From an uncultured Acidimicrobiia bacterium (GTDB lineage Bacteria > Actinomycetota > Acidimicrobiia > Acidimicrobiales > Ilumatobacteraceae): a DNA stretch of 64,000 nucleotides. The position numbers and the translations under genes were made by a program. Shown in pieces: positions 53,746-63,545 of the stretch (position 1 is its first letter; each line of letters starts with the position of its first letter). The stretch lies in assembly GCA_963836545.1 (NCBI GenBank), contig CAWIKD010000005.1, positions 55,186-119,185 of the forward strand, in the 5' to 3' direction. Under the pieces are notes generated by a model. The model worked only from the letters and a program-made list of their open reading frames with translations. It had not been told where the DNA came from and made no database searches.

Positions 53746-53828
53746 GTCGTTCCTCCTGTGTCGTGATGTCGCCCAGGAGGCGCCAGGTCGTGTCTGGCGA
53801 CGCCAGCCGGCGGGCCTAACGTCCGGCC

Positions 53829-54656
53829 ATGACCACGATCGACACGGGGACCGACGACCTGCTCGCCACGGTGGACGACGGCGTCGCCGTCCTCACCATG
53901 AACCGCCCCGAGCGCCGCAACGCCATGTCGGGTGAGATGAACCAGGCGCTGGGCCGGATGCTCGCCGACCTCGAGGTCGACGACGAGGTCGGGTGCATCG
54001 TGCTGACCGGCGCCGGTGGTGCGTTCTGCGCCGGCGGCGACGTCAAGGGGATGGCCAGCGGGGGCGACGGCGGGGCCGGCGCGCCGACCACCACGTTCGA
54101 CGTCCGCGTGCACCGCCAGCGCCTCAACCAGCGGGCGATCAGCCAGCGCCTCTACGAGATGCCCAAGCCGACGATCGCCGCCCTGCCGGGCGCGGCGGCC
54201 GGCGCCGGCATGTCGCTGGCCTTGGCGTGCGACCTGCGCTACGCCGTGCCCGGCGCCGTGCTCACGACGGCGTTCGCCAAGGTCGGCTTCGCCGGCGACT
54301 ACGGCGGCACGTGGTTCCTGACCCGCCTCGTCGGCAGTGGCAAGGCACGCGAGCTGTACTTCTTCAGCGACAAGCTGAGCGCCGAGGATGCCGAGCGGCT
54401 GGGCATCGTCAACGCCGTCTTCCCGACCGAGTCGTTCGAGGCCGACGTGCTGGCCAAGGCCCACCAGCTGGCGGCGGGACCGCGGGTCGCCTACCGCTAC
54501 ATGAAGGAGAACCTCAACCGGGCCGTGCACGGCGACCTGGGGGAGTGCCTCGACATGGAGGCCGCCCACCACAACCGCACCGGTCAGACCGAGGACCACC
54601 GCGAGGCGGCCAAGGCGTTCGTCGAGAAGCGGCCGCCCACGTTCGTCGGCCGCTGA
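53829..54656 (+). CDS. enoyl-CoA hydratase/isomerase (crotonase family)
   Basis: ..VAVLTMNRPERRNAM..VLTGAGGAFCAGGD..FAGDYGGTWFLTRLVG..AFVEKRPPTF. Confidence 0.85.
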   Translation: MTTIDTGTDDLLATVDDGVAVLTMNRPERRNAMSGEMNQALGRMLADLEVDDEVGCIVLTGAGGAFCAGGDVKGMASGGDGGAGAPTTTFDVRVHRQRLNQRAISQRLYEMPKPTIAALPGAAAGAGMSLALACDLRYAVPGAVLTTAFAKVGFAGDYGGTWFLTRLVGSGKARELYFFSDKLSAEDAERLGIVNAVFPTESFEADVLAKAHQLAAGPRVAYRYMKENLNRAVHGDLGECLDMEAAHHNRTGQTEDHREAAKAFVEKRPPTFVGR

Positions 54657-54765
54657 CCCCTCCGCGGTGTGCCGATCGGCACGCCGTCATCTGCGCCATC
54701 CGACGCTGCCGCGCCGCGCCGGTCGGCGCACGGTGGACGACACACCGCCCACTGGAGGGAACGTG

Positions 54766-54963
54766 ATGGAAGCCCTGGAGTACGAGCTCTGCCGCTGCCG
54801 GCAGCAGGAACTGATCGAACAAGCGCAGCGCGGCCTGGCCGCCGCAGCGGGGCGGCGCCAGCGCCGGGCCGCTCGCCGGCTCGCCCGCCGGGCGCCGGTC
54901 GTCGTGCTGTCGCCTCGGCCCACCGCGGTGACGGCACCGCTCGAGCGGGACGAGGCCGCGTGA
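54766..54963 (+). CDS. small hypothetical protein (65 aa), first of two coupled small ORFs
   Basis: GGAGGGA RBS 7 nt before the ATG. High GC3. Its stop overlaps the next start (TGATG). No motif recognised. Confidence 0.4.
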   Translation: MEALEYELCRCRQQELIEQAQRGLAAAAGRRQRRAARRLARRAPVVVLSPRPTAVTAPLERDEAA

Positions 54964-55148
54964 TGGCCGGCCGACTCGCCCCCACCTCGCACTGGTTCGA
55001 CGAGATCCGTGGCGTGCCGATCGACGCCGCCGAGCTCCAGCAGTTCCGGCGCCGGGCCCACGACCTCTACCTGTGCAACGGGCACATCTTCGAGGACGAG
55101 GCCGACGCGCTGGCGGCGCTCGGCGCCGTCGCGCTGCTCGCCGCGTAG
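54963..55148 (+). CDS. small hypothetical protein (61 aa), second of two coupled small ORFs
   Basis: ATG overlapping the upstream stop. Strongly GC3-biased codons (..HWFDEIRGVPIDAAELQQFRRRAHDLYLCNGHIFEDE..). Confidence 0.4.
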   Translation: MAGRLAPTSHWFDEIRGVPIDAAELQQFRRRAHDLYLCNGHIFEDEADALAALGAVALLAA

Positions 55149-55158
55149 GGCGGGTCGG

Positions 55159-55311
55159 TCAGGCGTCGGGCTTGTCGCTCGACTCGGCCAGGCTGTCCTT
55201 GAACTCCTTCTGCGCCTGACCCAGGTTGCGGGCCAGCTTCGGCAGCTGGGAGCCGCCGAAGACGAGCAGGACGACGGCGAGGACGATGAACCACTCGGGA
55301 CCGGAAGGCAT
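55159..55311 (-). CDS. tatA: twin-arginine translocase subunit TatA/E (50 aa); absent from the supplied ORF track because it is <60 aa
   Basis: Reverse-complement translation: MPSGPEWFIVLAVVLLVFGGSQLPKLARNLGQAQKEFKDSLAESSDKPDA*. This shows the canonical TatA TM helix, FG hinge and amphipathic helix. Confidence 0.8.
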   Translation of the reverse strand: MPSGPEWFIVLAVVLLVFGGSQLPKLARNLGQAQKEFKDSLAESSDKPDA

Positions 55312-55401
55312 GCCCGATGTTCGGATGCGCCGGCCCCTCGGATGGTGGCGCTGACCTCACCAGACTTGTAAGGGGCGCCTTACATTCGCGAGGATCGCCG
55401 G

Positions 55402-56499
55402 ATGCGAACGACGCGTGGACGGTTCTTGGCGGCGATGGCGACCGGCGCGGCGTTGCTGCTGGGCGCATGCGGCGACGACGACGACGGCGGGGCGGCGACG
55501 ACGGCGGCGGCGACGCCGGCGACGGCCGCGCCGAGCGAGGCGACGTCCGCCACGACGCCGGACGCCTCGACCGGTGACGACGAGCAGGCGGCGGGCTTCC
55601 CCGTGACGATCGAGCACAAGTACGGCTCGTCGACGATCGATGCCCAGCCGACGCGGGTCGTCACGGTCGGGTTCTCCGACCAGGACGCGCTGCTCGCGCT
55701 CGGCGTGATCCCGGTCGGGATCCGTGATTGGTACGGCGATCAGCCCAACGCGGTCTGGCCGTGGGCGACCGCGGCGCTCGGTGCGGCCAAGCCCGAGGTG
55801 CTGTCGTCGAGCGAGCTCAACTACGAGCAGATCCGGGCCCTCGACCCCGACCTCATCGTCGGCCTGACGTCCGGCATGACCGAGGAGGAGTACGGGACGC
55901 TGTCGAAGATCGCCCCGACGATCGCGCAGTCCGACGAGTACATCGACTACGGCGTGCCGTGGCAGGTCATCACGACGACGATCGGCAAAGCGGTCGGCAA
56001 GGAGGCCGAGGCCGAGCAGCTGGTCGACGACGTCGAGGGCCAGCTGGCCGACATCGCCGCCGCCCATCCCGACTGGAAGGGCAAGGAGCTGGCGATCGCC
56101 TACGTGATCGAGGACCAGATCGGCGCTTACGCCAGCGGCGATGCCCGCCCCACGCTCATGTCGGCGCTGGGGTTCGTGACGCCGAAGGAGTACGACGAGC
56201 TGGCCGGCGACCTCTTCTACAGCACGTTCAGCTGGGAGGAGATCAGTCGCGTCGACCGTGACCTGCTGATGTGGATCTCCGGTGAGCCGACGGTCATCGA
56301 GCAGATCAAGGCGAATCCCCTGCGGGCCCAGCTCGATGCGGCCAAGGACGGTCGCGAGATGTTCCTCGGCCAGCTCGAGGCCGGCGCCTTCTCGTTCGCC
56401 AGCCCGCTGAGCCTGCCGTACTTCCTCGAGCAGCTCGTCCCCCAGATCGAGGCCGCCCTCGACGGCGACCCCGCCACCCCCGTCCCCGTCTCACCCTGA
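55402..56499 (+). CDS. ABC-transporter substrate-binding lipoprotein, iron-siderophore/cobalamin (FecB/FhuD-like) class
   Basis: Lipobox LLLGAC, Asp/Gly/Thr/Ala-rich tether, then ..GFPVTIEHKYGSSTIDAQPTRVVTVGFSDQDALLALGV.., the characteristic PBP type III start. Confidence 0.8.
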   Translation: MRTTRGRFLAAMATGAALLLGACGDDDDGGAATTAAATPATAAPSEATSATTPDASTGDDEQAAGFPVTIEHKYGSSTIDAQPTRVVTVGFSDQDALLALGVIPVGIRDWYGDQPNAVWPWATAALGAAKPEVLSSSELNYEQIRALDPDLIVGLTSGMTEEEYGTLSKIAPTIAQSDEYIDYGVPWQVITTTIGKAVGKEAEAEQLVDDVEGQLADIAAAHPDWKGKELAIAYVIEDQIGAYASGDARPTLMSALGFVTPKEYDELAGDLFYSTFSWEEISRVDRDLLMWISGEPTVIEQIKANPLRAQLDAAKDGREMFLGQLEAGAFSFASPLSLPYFLEQLVPQIEAALDGDPATPVPVSP

Positions 56500-56531
56500 C
56501 TGGCTGGCCGGAATCCGTCAACTGTTCGGTA

Positions 56532-56552
56532 GGCGGCCAACATCTGGCCGCC
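56532..56552 (+). terminator. hairpin GGCGGCCA-ACATC-TGGCCGCC between convergent substrate-binding-protein and M23-peptidase genes
   Basis: Perfect 8-bp inverted repeat read directly. Confidence 0.4.
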
Positions 56553-56579
56553 ACCGCAAAGAGTTGGCGGATCCGGCCG

Positions 56580-57311
56580 CTACGCGTTCGGGGCGTGGGG
56601 GTCGGCCATGGCGTCGGGGCAGGCGGTCGGGTGGTCGGCCAGCCACTGTTGGATCTCGGCGACCGGGCTGCGCTGGCCGCCGGCGCGCCAGTCGTCGAGG
56701 TACCGGTACGGCCACACGACGCCGCGGCGCACCGACCACTCCTTGTCCGGGCACGGAGGCGAGATCCCGAAGTGCACGTGGCACGCCGACGCCCGGCCGG
56801 TCATGCCCATCAGACCGAGTCGCTGGCCGATGCCGATCCGCAGCCCCGGCTCGATGCCGTCGTCGATGGACTCGAAGTGGGCGAGGTAGTAGCGCACGCC
56901 GTCATCGCCGACGATGGCCACCGAGCGCCCGCCGCGGGTGGCCGGGTCGTCGATCGACGGCACGTAGCTGTTCACGCGGCGGGACTCGACGACGACGCCG
57001 TTGACCGGCGAGACGATCACCGCGCCGCAGCCGACGAACACGTCGCTGGCCGGGTACTCGGCGTGGGTACGGCCCCAACCGGCGGCGGCGGTGCGCTCGA
57101 CGGGGATGCGGTACGGCGTGGTGCCGGCACCGAGGGCGGGGATCGGCACGCCCTGCACCGACTCGGTCGCGGCAGGCGGTGGCGGCGGTGCGCACGTCGG
57201 CGCGCACTGGGTCACGAAGAACATCGGGACGGCGAGCAGGGCGGCGTGGCGCAACGAGCGCTTGGCGAGCACGCCTCCAGTGTGTCCGCGCCGGTGGCAA
57301 GGACCCGACAT
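56580..57311 (-). CDS. M23-family peptidoglycan metalloendopeptidase (secreted)
   Basis: Signal peptide, then the LytM-type motifs ..GVRYYLAHFESI.. and ..GLMGMTGRASACHVHFGI.. (HxH). Start choice is uncertain (57311 or 57272). Confidence 0.7.
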   Translation of the reverse strand: MSGPCHRRGHTGGVLAKRSLRHAALLAVPMFFVTQCAPTCAPPPPPAATESVQGVPIPALGAGTTPYRIPVERTAAAGWGRTHAEYPASDVFVGCGAVIVSPVNGVVVESRRVNSYVPSIDDPATRGGRSVAIVGDDGVRYYLAHFESIDDGIEPGLRIGIGQRLGLMGMTGRASACHVHFGISPPCPDKEWSVRRGVVWPYRYLDDWRAGGQRSPVAEIQQWLADHPTACPDAMADPHAPNA

Positions 57312-57331
57312 CGGTGTGCGACGCTGCGGGC

Positions 57332-58186
57332 ATGCGCAGCTGGTCGATCGGCGACATCACCGTCACGTCCGTGCTCGAGATCGACGGTCCGGCGCCGGGG
57401 AAGTTCCTGTTCAGCGAAGCCACGCCCGAGGTCATGGCCGCCCGCCACGGCTGGGCGCGCGGCACGTTCGTCGACGACGACGGGATGCTGCTGACGCGGG
57501 TGCAGGCCCTCGTCGTGCAGGCGGGCGGCAAGACCGTGGTCGTCGACACGTGCATCGGCAACGACAAGCAGCGCGACATCCCGGCGTGGAACAACCTCCA
57601 GCTGCCGTTCATGGACCGCTTCCGCGCCGCCGGGTTCGACCCGCTGACCGTCGACGCCGTCGTGTGCACGCACCTGCACGTCGACCACGTCGGCTGGAAC
57701 ACGTCGCTCGTCGACGGCGAGTGGAAGCCGACCTTCCCGGAGAGCCGCTACGTCATCGCCGGGCCCGAGTACCGGCACTGGGCCGAGCCGAACAACCACA
57801 CGGCCGAGTTCCTCGACTCCGTCGAACCGGTCGTCAAGGCCGGGCTCGTCGACCTCGTCGACGTCGATGCCGAGATCGCCCCGGGCGTGACCCTGATGTC
57901 GACACCGGGCCACACGCCCGGCCACTGCAGCGTGCGCCTCACGTCGGGCGACGCCACGGCGCTGATCACCGGCGACTTCGTGCACCACCCCGTGCAGTTC
58001 GCGACGCCCGAGTGGTGCTCGCACTTCGACACCGATGCCCGTCGGGGCGAGCAGACGCGGCGCGACTTCATCGCCGACGTCGCCGACACCGACCTGCTCG
58101 TCATCGGCACCCACTTCGGCGGCCCCGGGTCCGGTCGGGTCGTGTCGGCCGACGGCGGGCACATCTTCGCCGCCGCCGAGGCCTGA
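57332..58186 (+). CDS. MBL-fold metallo-hydrolase (lactonase-like)
   Basis: HxHxDH motif (CTHLHVDHVGW), plus downstream His (TPGHTPGH) and Asp (ITGDFVHH) ligands. Confidence 0.75.
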   Translation: MRSWSIGDITVTSVLEIDGPAPGKFLFSEATPEVMAARHGWARGTFVDDDGMLLTRVQALVVQAGGKTVVVDTCIGNDKQRDIPAWNNLQLPFMDRFRAAGFDPLTVDAVVCTHLHVDHVGWNTSLVDGEWKPTFPESRYVIAGPEYRHWAEPNNHTAEFLDSVEPVVKAGLVDLVDVDAEIAPGVTLMSTPGHTPGHCSVRLTSGDATALITGDFVHHPVQFATPEWCSHFDTDARRGEQTRRDFIADVADTDLLVIGTHFGGPGSGRVVSADGGHIFAAAEA

Positions 58187-58211
58187 GCGGCCAGCCCGGG
58201 ATCGCCCGGCG

Positions 58212-58529
58212 CTATCGCCAGACGTCGGCCATGTTGCTGCCCGTCGTGCGCAGCTCGTCGCGCCACGGCAGCCCGAGGCGGGTGAGCTCGGCCACCGCCC
58301 GGGTCTCGGCCTCGCGGAACGCGGCGGCGGGCGCATCATCACCCTCCTCGACACGGACCTCGACGCGGACGCTGAAGAAGTCGAGGCGCCGGTCGTAGGC
58401 GAGCGTGCCTGCCGGCGTGAACCGGTGGCTGCTGATGTCGTCACGGTCCAGGGCGTCGCGAAGCGTCGTGCGCTGCTCGTCGTCGAGGGCGCCGAAGCGA
58501 CCCCGCACGATGACCCGGTAGATCTGCAC
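58212..58529 (-). CDS. small hypothetical protein (105 aa)
   Basis: Clean ORF with high GC3 (MQIYRVIVRGRFGALDDEQRTTLRDAL..). No motif recognised. Confidence 0.4.
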   Translation of the reverse strand: MQIYRVIVRGRFGALDDEQRTTLRDALDRDDISSHRFTPAGTLAYDRRLDFFSVRVEVRVEEGDDAPAAAFREAETRAVAELTRLGLPWRDELRTTGSNMADVWR

Positions 58530-58575
58530 CCGACGATCGTGTCACGCCCGGGAGGCGTCGATCGTCTTGCTGGCA

Positions 58576-59909
58576 TGGACACCGATCGCACCATCGTCAT
58601 CGGCGGCGGGCTGGCCGGGCTCACGGCCGCCGCCACCCTCGCCCGGGTCGGCCGCCCGGTGACCCTCGTCGAGGGCGCCGAGCACCTCGGTGGGCGGGCC
58701 CGCTCTCGCCATCGCCTGGGCTACGACCTCAACCTCGGGCCGCACGCGCTGTACAAGGCGGCGGGCGGGCTCGACGTCCTGAAGGGCCTCGGTGTGCCGG
58801 TGCGCGGGCGGCGGCCGAAGATCGAGCGAGCCGGCGTGCTCGTCGGCGGCGAGCTGATCCCGGCCACGCGGCACCTGCGGCGCAACGTGGGTGACCGCCT
58901 CCGTGTCGCCCGGGCGCTGGGCGGGCTCGGTGCCGACGACGTCGCGCTGTGGGCCGGCCGACCGGCGTCGGCATGGATCGACCACGTCACGGACGACGAG
59001 GCTGGCCGTGCCGTGCTGGCCTCGGTCCTGCGGACGGCCACCTACGCGGCGGACCTCGACCTCCTCGACGCAGGGGCGGCCACATCGCAGCTGCGGGCGG
59101 CCGCGCACGGCGTCCTGTACCTGCACGGTGGGTGGTCGAGCCTCGTCGATGGCCTGGAGGCCGTGGTGCGCCGCCACGGCGGCGAGATCGTGACCGGCCG
59201 ACCGGTGGCCGCGGTCGAGCACGACGATCGGGTGCGCGCCGTGCACCTCGCCGACGGCGGGAGCCTGCCCGCCGCCGCCGTGGTCATCGCGGTCAACGAT
59301 CCGCGCCGTGCGGCCGGGCTGCTCGATGGCGACGGCGCGGCGCGGCTGGCGACCATCGCCGACGCCGCCGTCCCGGTCCGCATGGCCCACCTCGACGTCG
59401 CCCTGCGCCCGCTGCCGTCGACCCGGTTCCCGAACCTCCTCGGGATCGACGAGCCGATCTACCTCAACGTCCCGAGCTCGGTGGCGGCCTGCGCGCCGGA
59501 TGGTGGCGCGGTCCTCCACGTCGGGCGCTACCTCCGCCCCGGCGAGGAGCACCTCGACCACCGCGCCGGTCTCGAGGCCGTGCTCGACCTGCACCAGCCG
59601 GACTGGCGCGACCACGTCGTCGATGCCCGCTACGTGCCGCGCTCGATGGTGAGCGGTGACCACGCCCGGCGCGCGACGCGCGGAACGGCTGGACGTCCGG
59701 GCGTCGACGCCGCCGGGGTTCGTGGCGTCGCCCTTGCCGGGGACTGGGTCGGTCCGGTCGGCATGATCGGCGACGCCGCGTGCGGCACCGGAGTCGCCCG
59801 ACCCGCCACACCCACACAGGGTCAAGACGGCGAGAACCGCTGCTGCACAAGCTTTCCGCATGGTCGGCAGCCTACCGACCCACGACGTGGTCGAGATGGC
59901 AGTCGTTGA
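58576..59909 (+). CDS. NAD(P)/FAD-dependent oxidoreductase (amine-oxidase / phytoene-desaturase-like fold); C-terminal ~40 codons look off-frame
   Basis: Rossmann start IVIGGGLAGLTAAATLARVGRPVTLVE..HLGGRA and a GDW motif near the end. Tail ..TPTQGQDGENRCCTSFPHGRQPTDPRRGRDGSR is suspect. Confidence 0.65.
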
Positions 59910-60465
59910 TCAGCTGCACCCGGTGGCCTATACCGTCCGCGCGGCCTCTTGGCGTGCATGGGCACCCGCTAGTGGCGGGCCACCGATGCGACGGTCGCGC
60001 CGGTGACGCTGACCAAGTCCGCGGGCTCAGCTCGATGTCGCTGCCCCTACGTCCAGCCGAGACGAACACGGTCTCGTACGCGAGGGCGGAGGCGTCGAGC
60101 ACCGTGGCCAGGCGCTTGCGCTGGCCGATCGGTGAAATGCCGCCCACCACATAGCCACTGCTTCGCTCGGCTGCGGCCTGCTCTGCCATGGCCGCTTTCT
60201 TGCCACCTAGCGCCGTCGCCAAGGCCTTGAGGTCCAGCTGCGACGAGACAGGCACGATCGCCACAACAAGCTGTCCGTCGAGGTCCGCGACCAGCGTCTT
60301 GAACACCTGTTCTGGTGCAACACCGAGAGCCGCAGCGGCCGCGAGCCCGTACGACTGGCTCTTGGGACCGAGCTCGAAGGAGTGCACGGTGAAGTCGACG
60401 CCGGCCTTGCTGAGCGCAACCGTTGCGGGTGTACCGACCGCCGACTTCTTCGCCATACCAGTCAT
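59872..60465 (-). CDS. ybaK: YbaK/EbsC-type Cys-tRNA(Pro) deacylase; 3' third probably in a shifted frame
   Basis: MAKKSAVGTPATVALSKAGVDFTVHSFE..GVAPEQVFKTLV..VVAIVPVSSQLDLKALA..VVGGISPIGQ is the YbaK core. After ..VFVSAGRRGSDIELSP the text becomes Ser/Pro/Arg-rich. Confidence 0.7.
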   Translation of the reverse strand: MTGMAKKSAVGTPATVALSKAGVDFTVHSFELGPKSQSYGLAAAAALGVAPEQVFKTLVADLDGQLVVAIVPVSSQLDLKALATALGGKKAAMAEQAAAERSSGYVVGGISPIGQRKRLATVLDASALAYETVFVSAGRRGSDIELSPRTWSASPARPSHRWPATSGCPCTPRGRADGIGHRVQLINDCHLDHVVGR

Positions 60466-60482
60466 TGTGCCAAACGCTGAGC

Positions 60483-60743
60483 TCAGGCCTCGAAGAAGAC
60501 GAGCAGGGAGTCGGGGTGCACACCGTCGTGCTTCATCGCGTCGGCCCCGACGTCACTCGCCATGATCTCCTGAAAGGCGTCCAGGTCATCGATCTGCCCG
60601 CTGAGGCCAACCTGGTTGGGGCGGCTCGGGTCGACGTAGGTCTGGATGTTCGACATGACACCTGCGAACACCTCAGCCCGCTTCGGCGAAGCAAGCCAGT
60701 GCGCGACGTCGTCAACCTCGTGGGTAACGATGACCTTGGGCAT
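60483..60743 (-). CDS. small hypothetical protein (~86 aa)
   Basis: Sensible text only from MPKVIVTHEVDDVAHWL.. to ..VHPDSLLVFFEA. The upstream part of ORF 60483..60896 is low-complexity. Confidence 0.35.
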   Translation of the reverse strand: MPKVIVTHEVDDVAHWLASPKRAEVFAGVMSNIQTYVDPSRPNQVGLSGQIDDLDAFQEIMASDVGADAMKHDGVHPDSLLVFFEA

Positions 60744-60846
60744 GTTGTGTCCTTCGGCGAGGGCCCTCCACGGTGAGGGCCGCGAGCGGAACATACCGTC
60801 CGAGCAGGAGGCTGGATAGGGACCTCTGGACAATGATCGTCTTGGG

Positions 60847-62100
60847 TCAGTCCTGGTCGATGACCGAGATCTCGTCGACAAGGTCGTCCGCGGCACGCAT
60901 CCGCCAGGCGTCGGTGACCAGCTCGGTCAGTCGCTCCACGTCGACCTTGTCGAGGTTCAGCATCACCAGAGGCCACCCGTCGTAGCCAGGGTGGTGAAGA
61001 ACACGTCGGGCTCGCCGAGAGGCGGCCCTGCTTCTCCGCCTCGTCGCCGACGTAAGGCGGCGATTCGGTACGGATGCGCCGCTGGCCTCGCCGACGTTCG
61101 GGGTCGGCCCAGACGAATCCTTGTTCGACACCGAAAGTCGAAGCCCTCGCTGGGGAACCTGACGACGCCGGGCAACGAGTGCGCCAGCTCGTACATCGTC
61201 CTCGTCGGCCATCAGCGGTCCTCGAGGGCGGACGGCCCGAAGCGCCAGGGCCACTCGGTGTTGCGCATGAAGCGGGCAACCACATGCTCGTCGTCCAAGC
61301 CCCAGTCGCGATAGCCGAGCACCGCCTCGGTCAGTGTCCCGGCTGTCGATGCCGGGCGCGACACCACTGCACGAATCAGGTCGGGCAGATCGACCGTCGC
61401 TCCGGGGCACGCTCCACCTCCGTCAGGAACCACCTGTGGAACGGGTACAGCATGGGTTCCAGGCCAGGAAAACCCGCCCGGAGTAGAGAGCGAGCCGCGG
61501 TCGCATAGCTCATGAGGTACGGCTCGTCCCGCTTCGCCGCCTCGCCGACGAACCAGCGAAGGAGCCTCACCTGAGCGACGAAGTCGAGATGTTCTCGTCG
61601 CGCGCCGCCTCCGGGTAGACCGGGATGCGGGCGATCAGGCCTTTTCGATCTCCGGCGTCCCGCATAGACAAGTTGTACGGAGGAGAACGCCCAACGCGCG
61701 GTCTCCGATCCGCGCTCGTCGACGTCGCGCAGGAACACCATGTCGATCACTTGCGTCGAGTATCCGCCCGGCGTAAAGTTGATCGAGTCCCCGTACCACC
61801 TCGACGTCCTGCTCGGCGCTGCGCCTTGGCCGACTCAGCCTCCATGACGATGACCATGAGGTCGATGTCCGAGTCGGGGCGTCCTTCCCGCGCGCCACCG
61901 ACCGCGAACAGAATGGCAAGCACGGTCGGATCGCCGCGGAAGGGTCCGACGGCCTCGGCAAGGGCCGCCGCGTGATGCGCGCTTAACTCCGGTACGGACA
62001 CTGGGCCATCTGCCGGGCACGGTGACGACGGAAAAGCCGTGTCGACGGACATCGAGGTCCGAACTGCCATTGCAGGACGAGCATCTGCAGCCATCGGCCG
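60847..62100 (-). pseudogene. nucleotidyltransferase-domain (Pol-beta superfamily; ANT-like) gene broken into at least four frame segments, in a lower-GC region
   Basis: NTase motif GGAREGRPDSDIDLMVIV in ORF 61747..62241. Downstream pieces are in ORFs 61376..61750, 61212..61433 and 60847..61410. Local GC is ~60% against ~72% elsewhere. Confidence 0.5.
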
Positions 62101-62399
62101 GGAAGAGCAAAGCGGGTACGGTGCAGAACCATGCGGTCTTAGGGCTCGGCGCCTCCTCTCGACCGCCACTTCTCCCTCACGGCCGACATGGCCTTCCGCG
62201 TGCCCCGTCGCCTGTCTCGCCGTCGCCGCTTGCGTGAGCAACGGGGCACGCTCGAGCGACTACCAGAGAGAGAACACGGTTGCCTGCAGGACGAGAGCCG
62301 TTCCCTGCCTGGGCAGTCGAGCCATGGCCGTCGCCGTACCGCCGGAAAGGGCCGTAGCGGCAGGCACCAACAGATCGCAAAGGGCAGCCAGATGCGCTC

Positions 62400-63545
62400 C
62401 ACCTCACCTGGTATAGCGGTCACGTCGAGGAAGAGGATCACGCTGCGGCTCGACCCCAGCAGCGGCCAGAGCCGACGATCGCGTACCGCTCCCGCTCCCG
62501 CGAAGACCGCCGGGCCGAGCATGACCGACAGCACGACCAGGTCGGAGACAAGGAAGTCAGAGGACCCGGCGGACGCGCCACTGTCGTCACGGTACGTGGT
62601 GAGTCGCGGCGAAGCCGGAGAGCGCGAGAACCCGGTGAGTCGGACCAGGGCAGGCAACGCCACGGTGACCAGTCCGACCACCGCGGCCGAGGCGCACGCG
62701 ACGGTGACCGCCTACCAGTACAACGGCCATCAGCGGCACCAAGCGGTAGCAGCCCGTACAACAGCATCGAGGCACAGGCGCAGAGGACGGTCGAGCCGCG
62801 AGCGCGCCACGCTAGCTGTGCCGCGGCTCCGGACAGCGGGGCCAGCAACGCAATCGCCCAGCGCCATTCGCCATGAACAAGCGTCCATGCTGGGGTAGAC
62901 CACCCAGGATCGCCCAGGGCGCGAGGACGAGGAACGGCAAGGCTTGCGAGCCACCTGCTCGTCGACCAACAGGCGCAGCACCACGCGCTACCGCAGCGAC
63001 GGCCGAACCCGCGGCGGCGATGGCCAGTGCGGCCGTCGGAGCCGCCGCGGAGAGACCGAGGCCGCTCCAAAGCCGTACATCACCAAGATCGAGCCGGGCG
63101 GATCGCCCTCGGAGTGCACCGCGGACAGTCATCGGGAGGATACTCGCACGTACAGCCGAGGAGCTGTGCAGGCCGAGCCGGTGGAGCGACGGCAGGTCGT
63201 TCCAGACTTGGTACGGGGCGGCGATGTGCCCGGCCAGCACCGAGGATCTCGTTGCGTGCGAGCGTGGCCGCCCGGGCCGCAGAGGCCAACAAAGCCACGA
63301 CGAGCGGCACCGCCAGGGCATCCCGCCCACCGCCGCGGCTGGGAGCCCAACCGGATAGCACGATCGCAAGGCCAGCCGCCGCAACCAGGCCACGTTGAGG
63401 GGAGCCGGATCATGCCGGCCAGGGGCGCGGCCGGGCCGAGTAGAGGCGATGATAAAGCCAGGGCACATCGACTCAGTGCGGCCACCCCGAGAACCACCGG
63501 CAGCCAGTAGGCGCAGGTGCGGCGGATCGACCAGCCGGGCGCCAT
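62400..63545 (-). pseudogene. remnants of an integral membrane protein gene (possibly a polyprenol-dependent glycosyltransferase partner of the adjacent GT2) scattered over several frames
   Basis: Hydrophobic helix-like segments in ORFs 63129..63545 (MAPGWSIRRTCAYWLPVVLGVAAL..), 62812..63468 and 62438..63070. No single continuous frame. Confidence 0.3.

Noticed and set aside
62188-62898. 236-aa plus-strand ORF in the terminal lower-GC region
   Set aside because: Arg/Ser/Thr-rich low-complexity translation with no start context. Membrane-like segments are on the opposite strand and even those are fragmentary.
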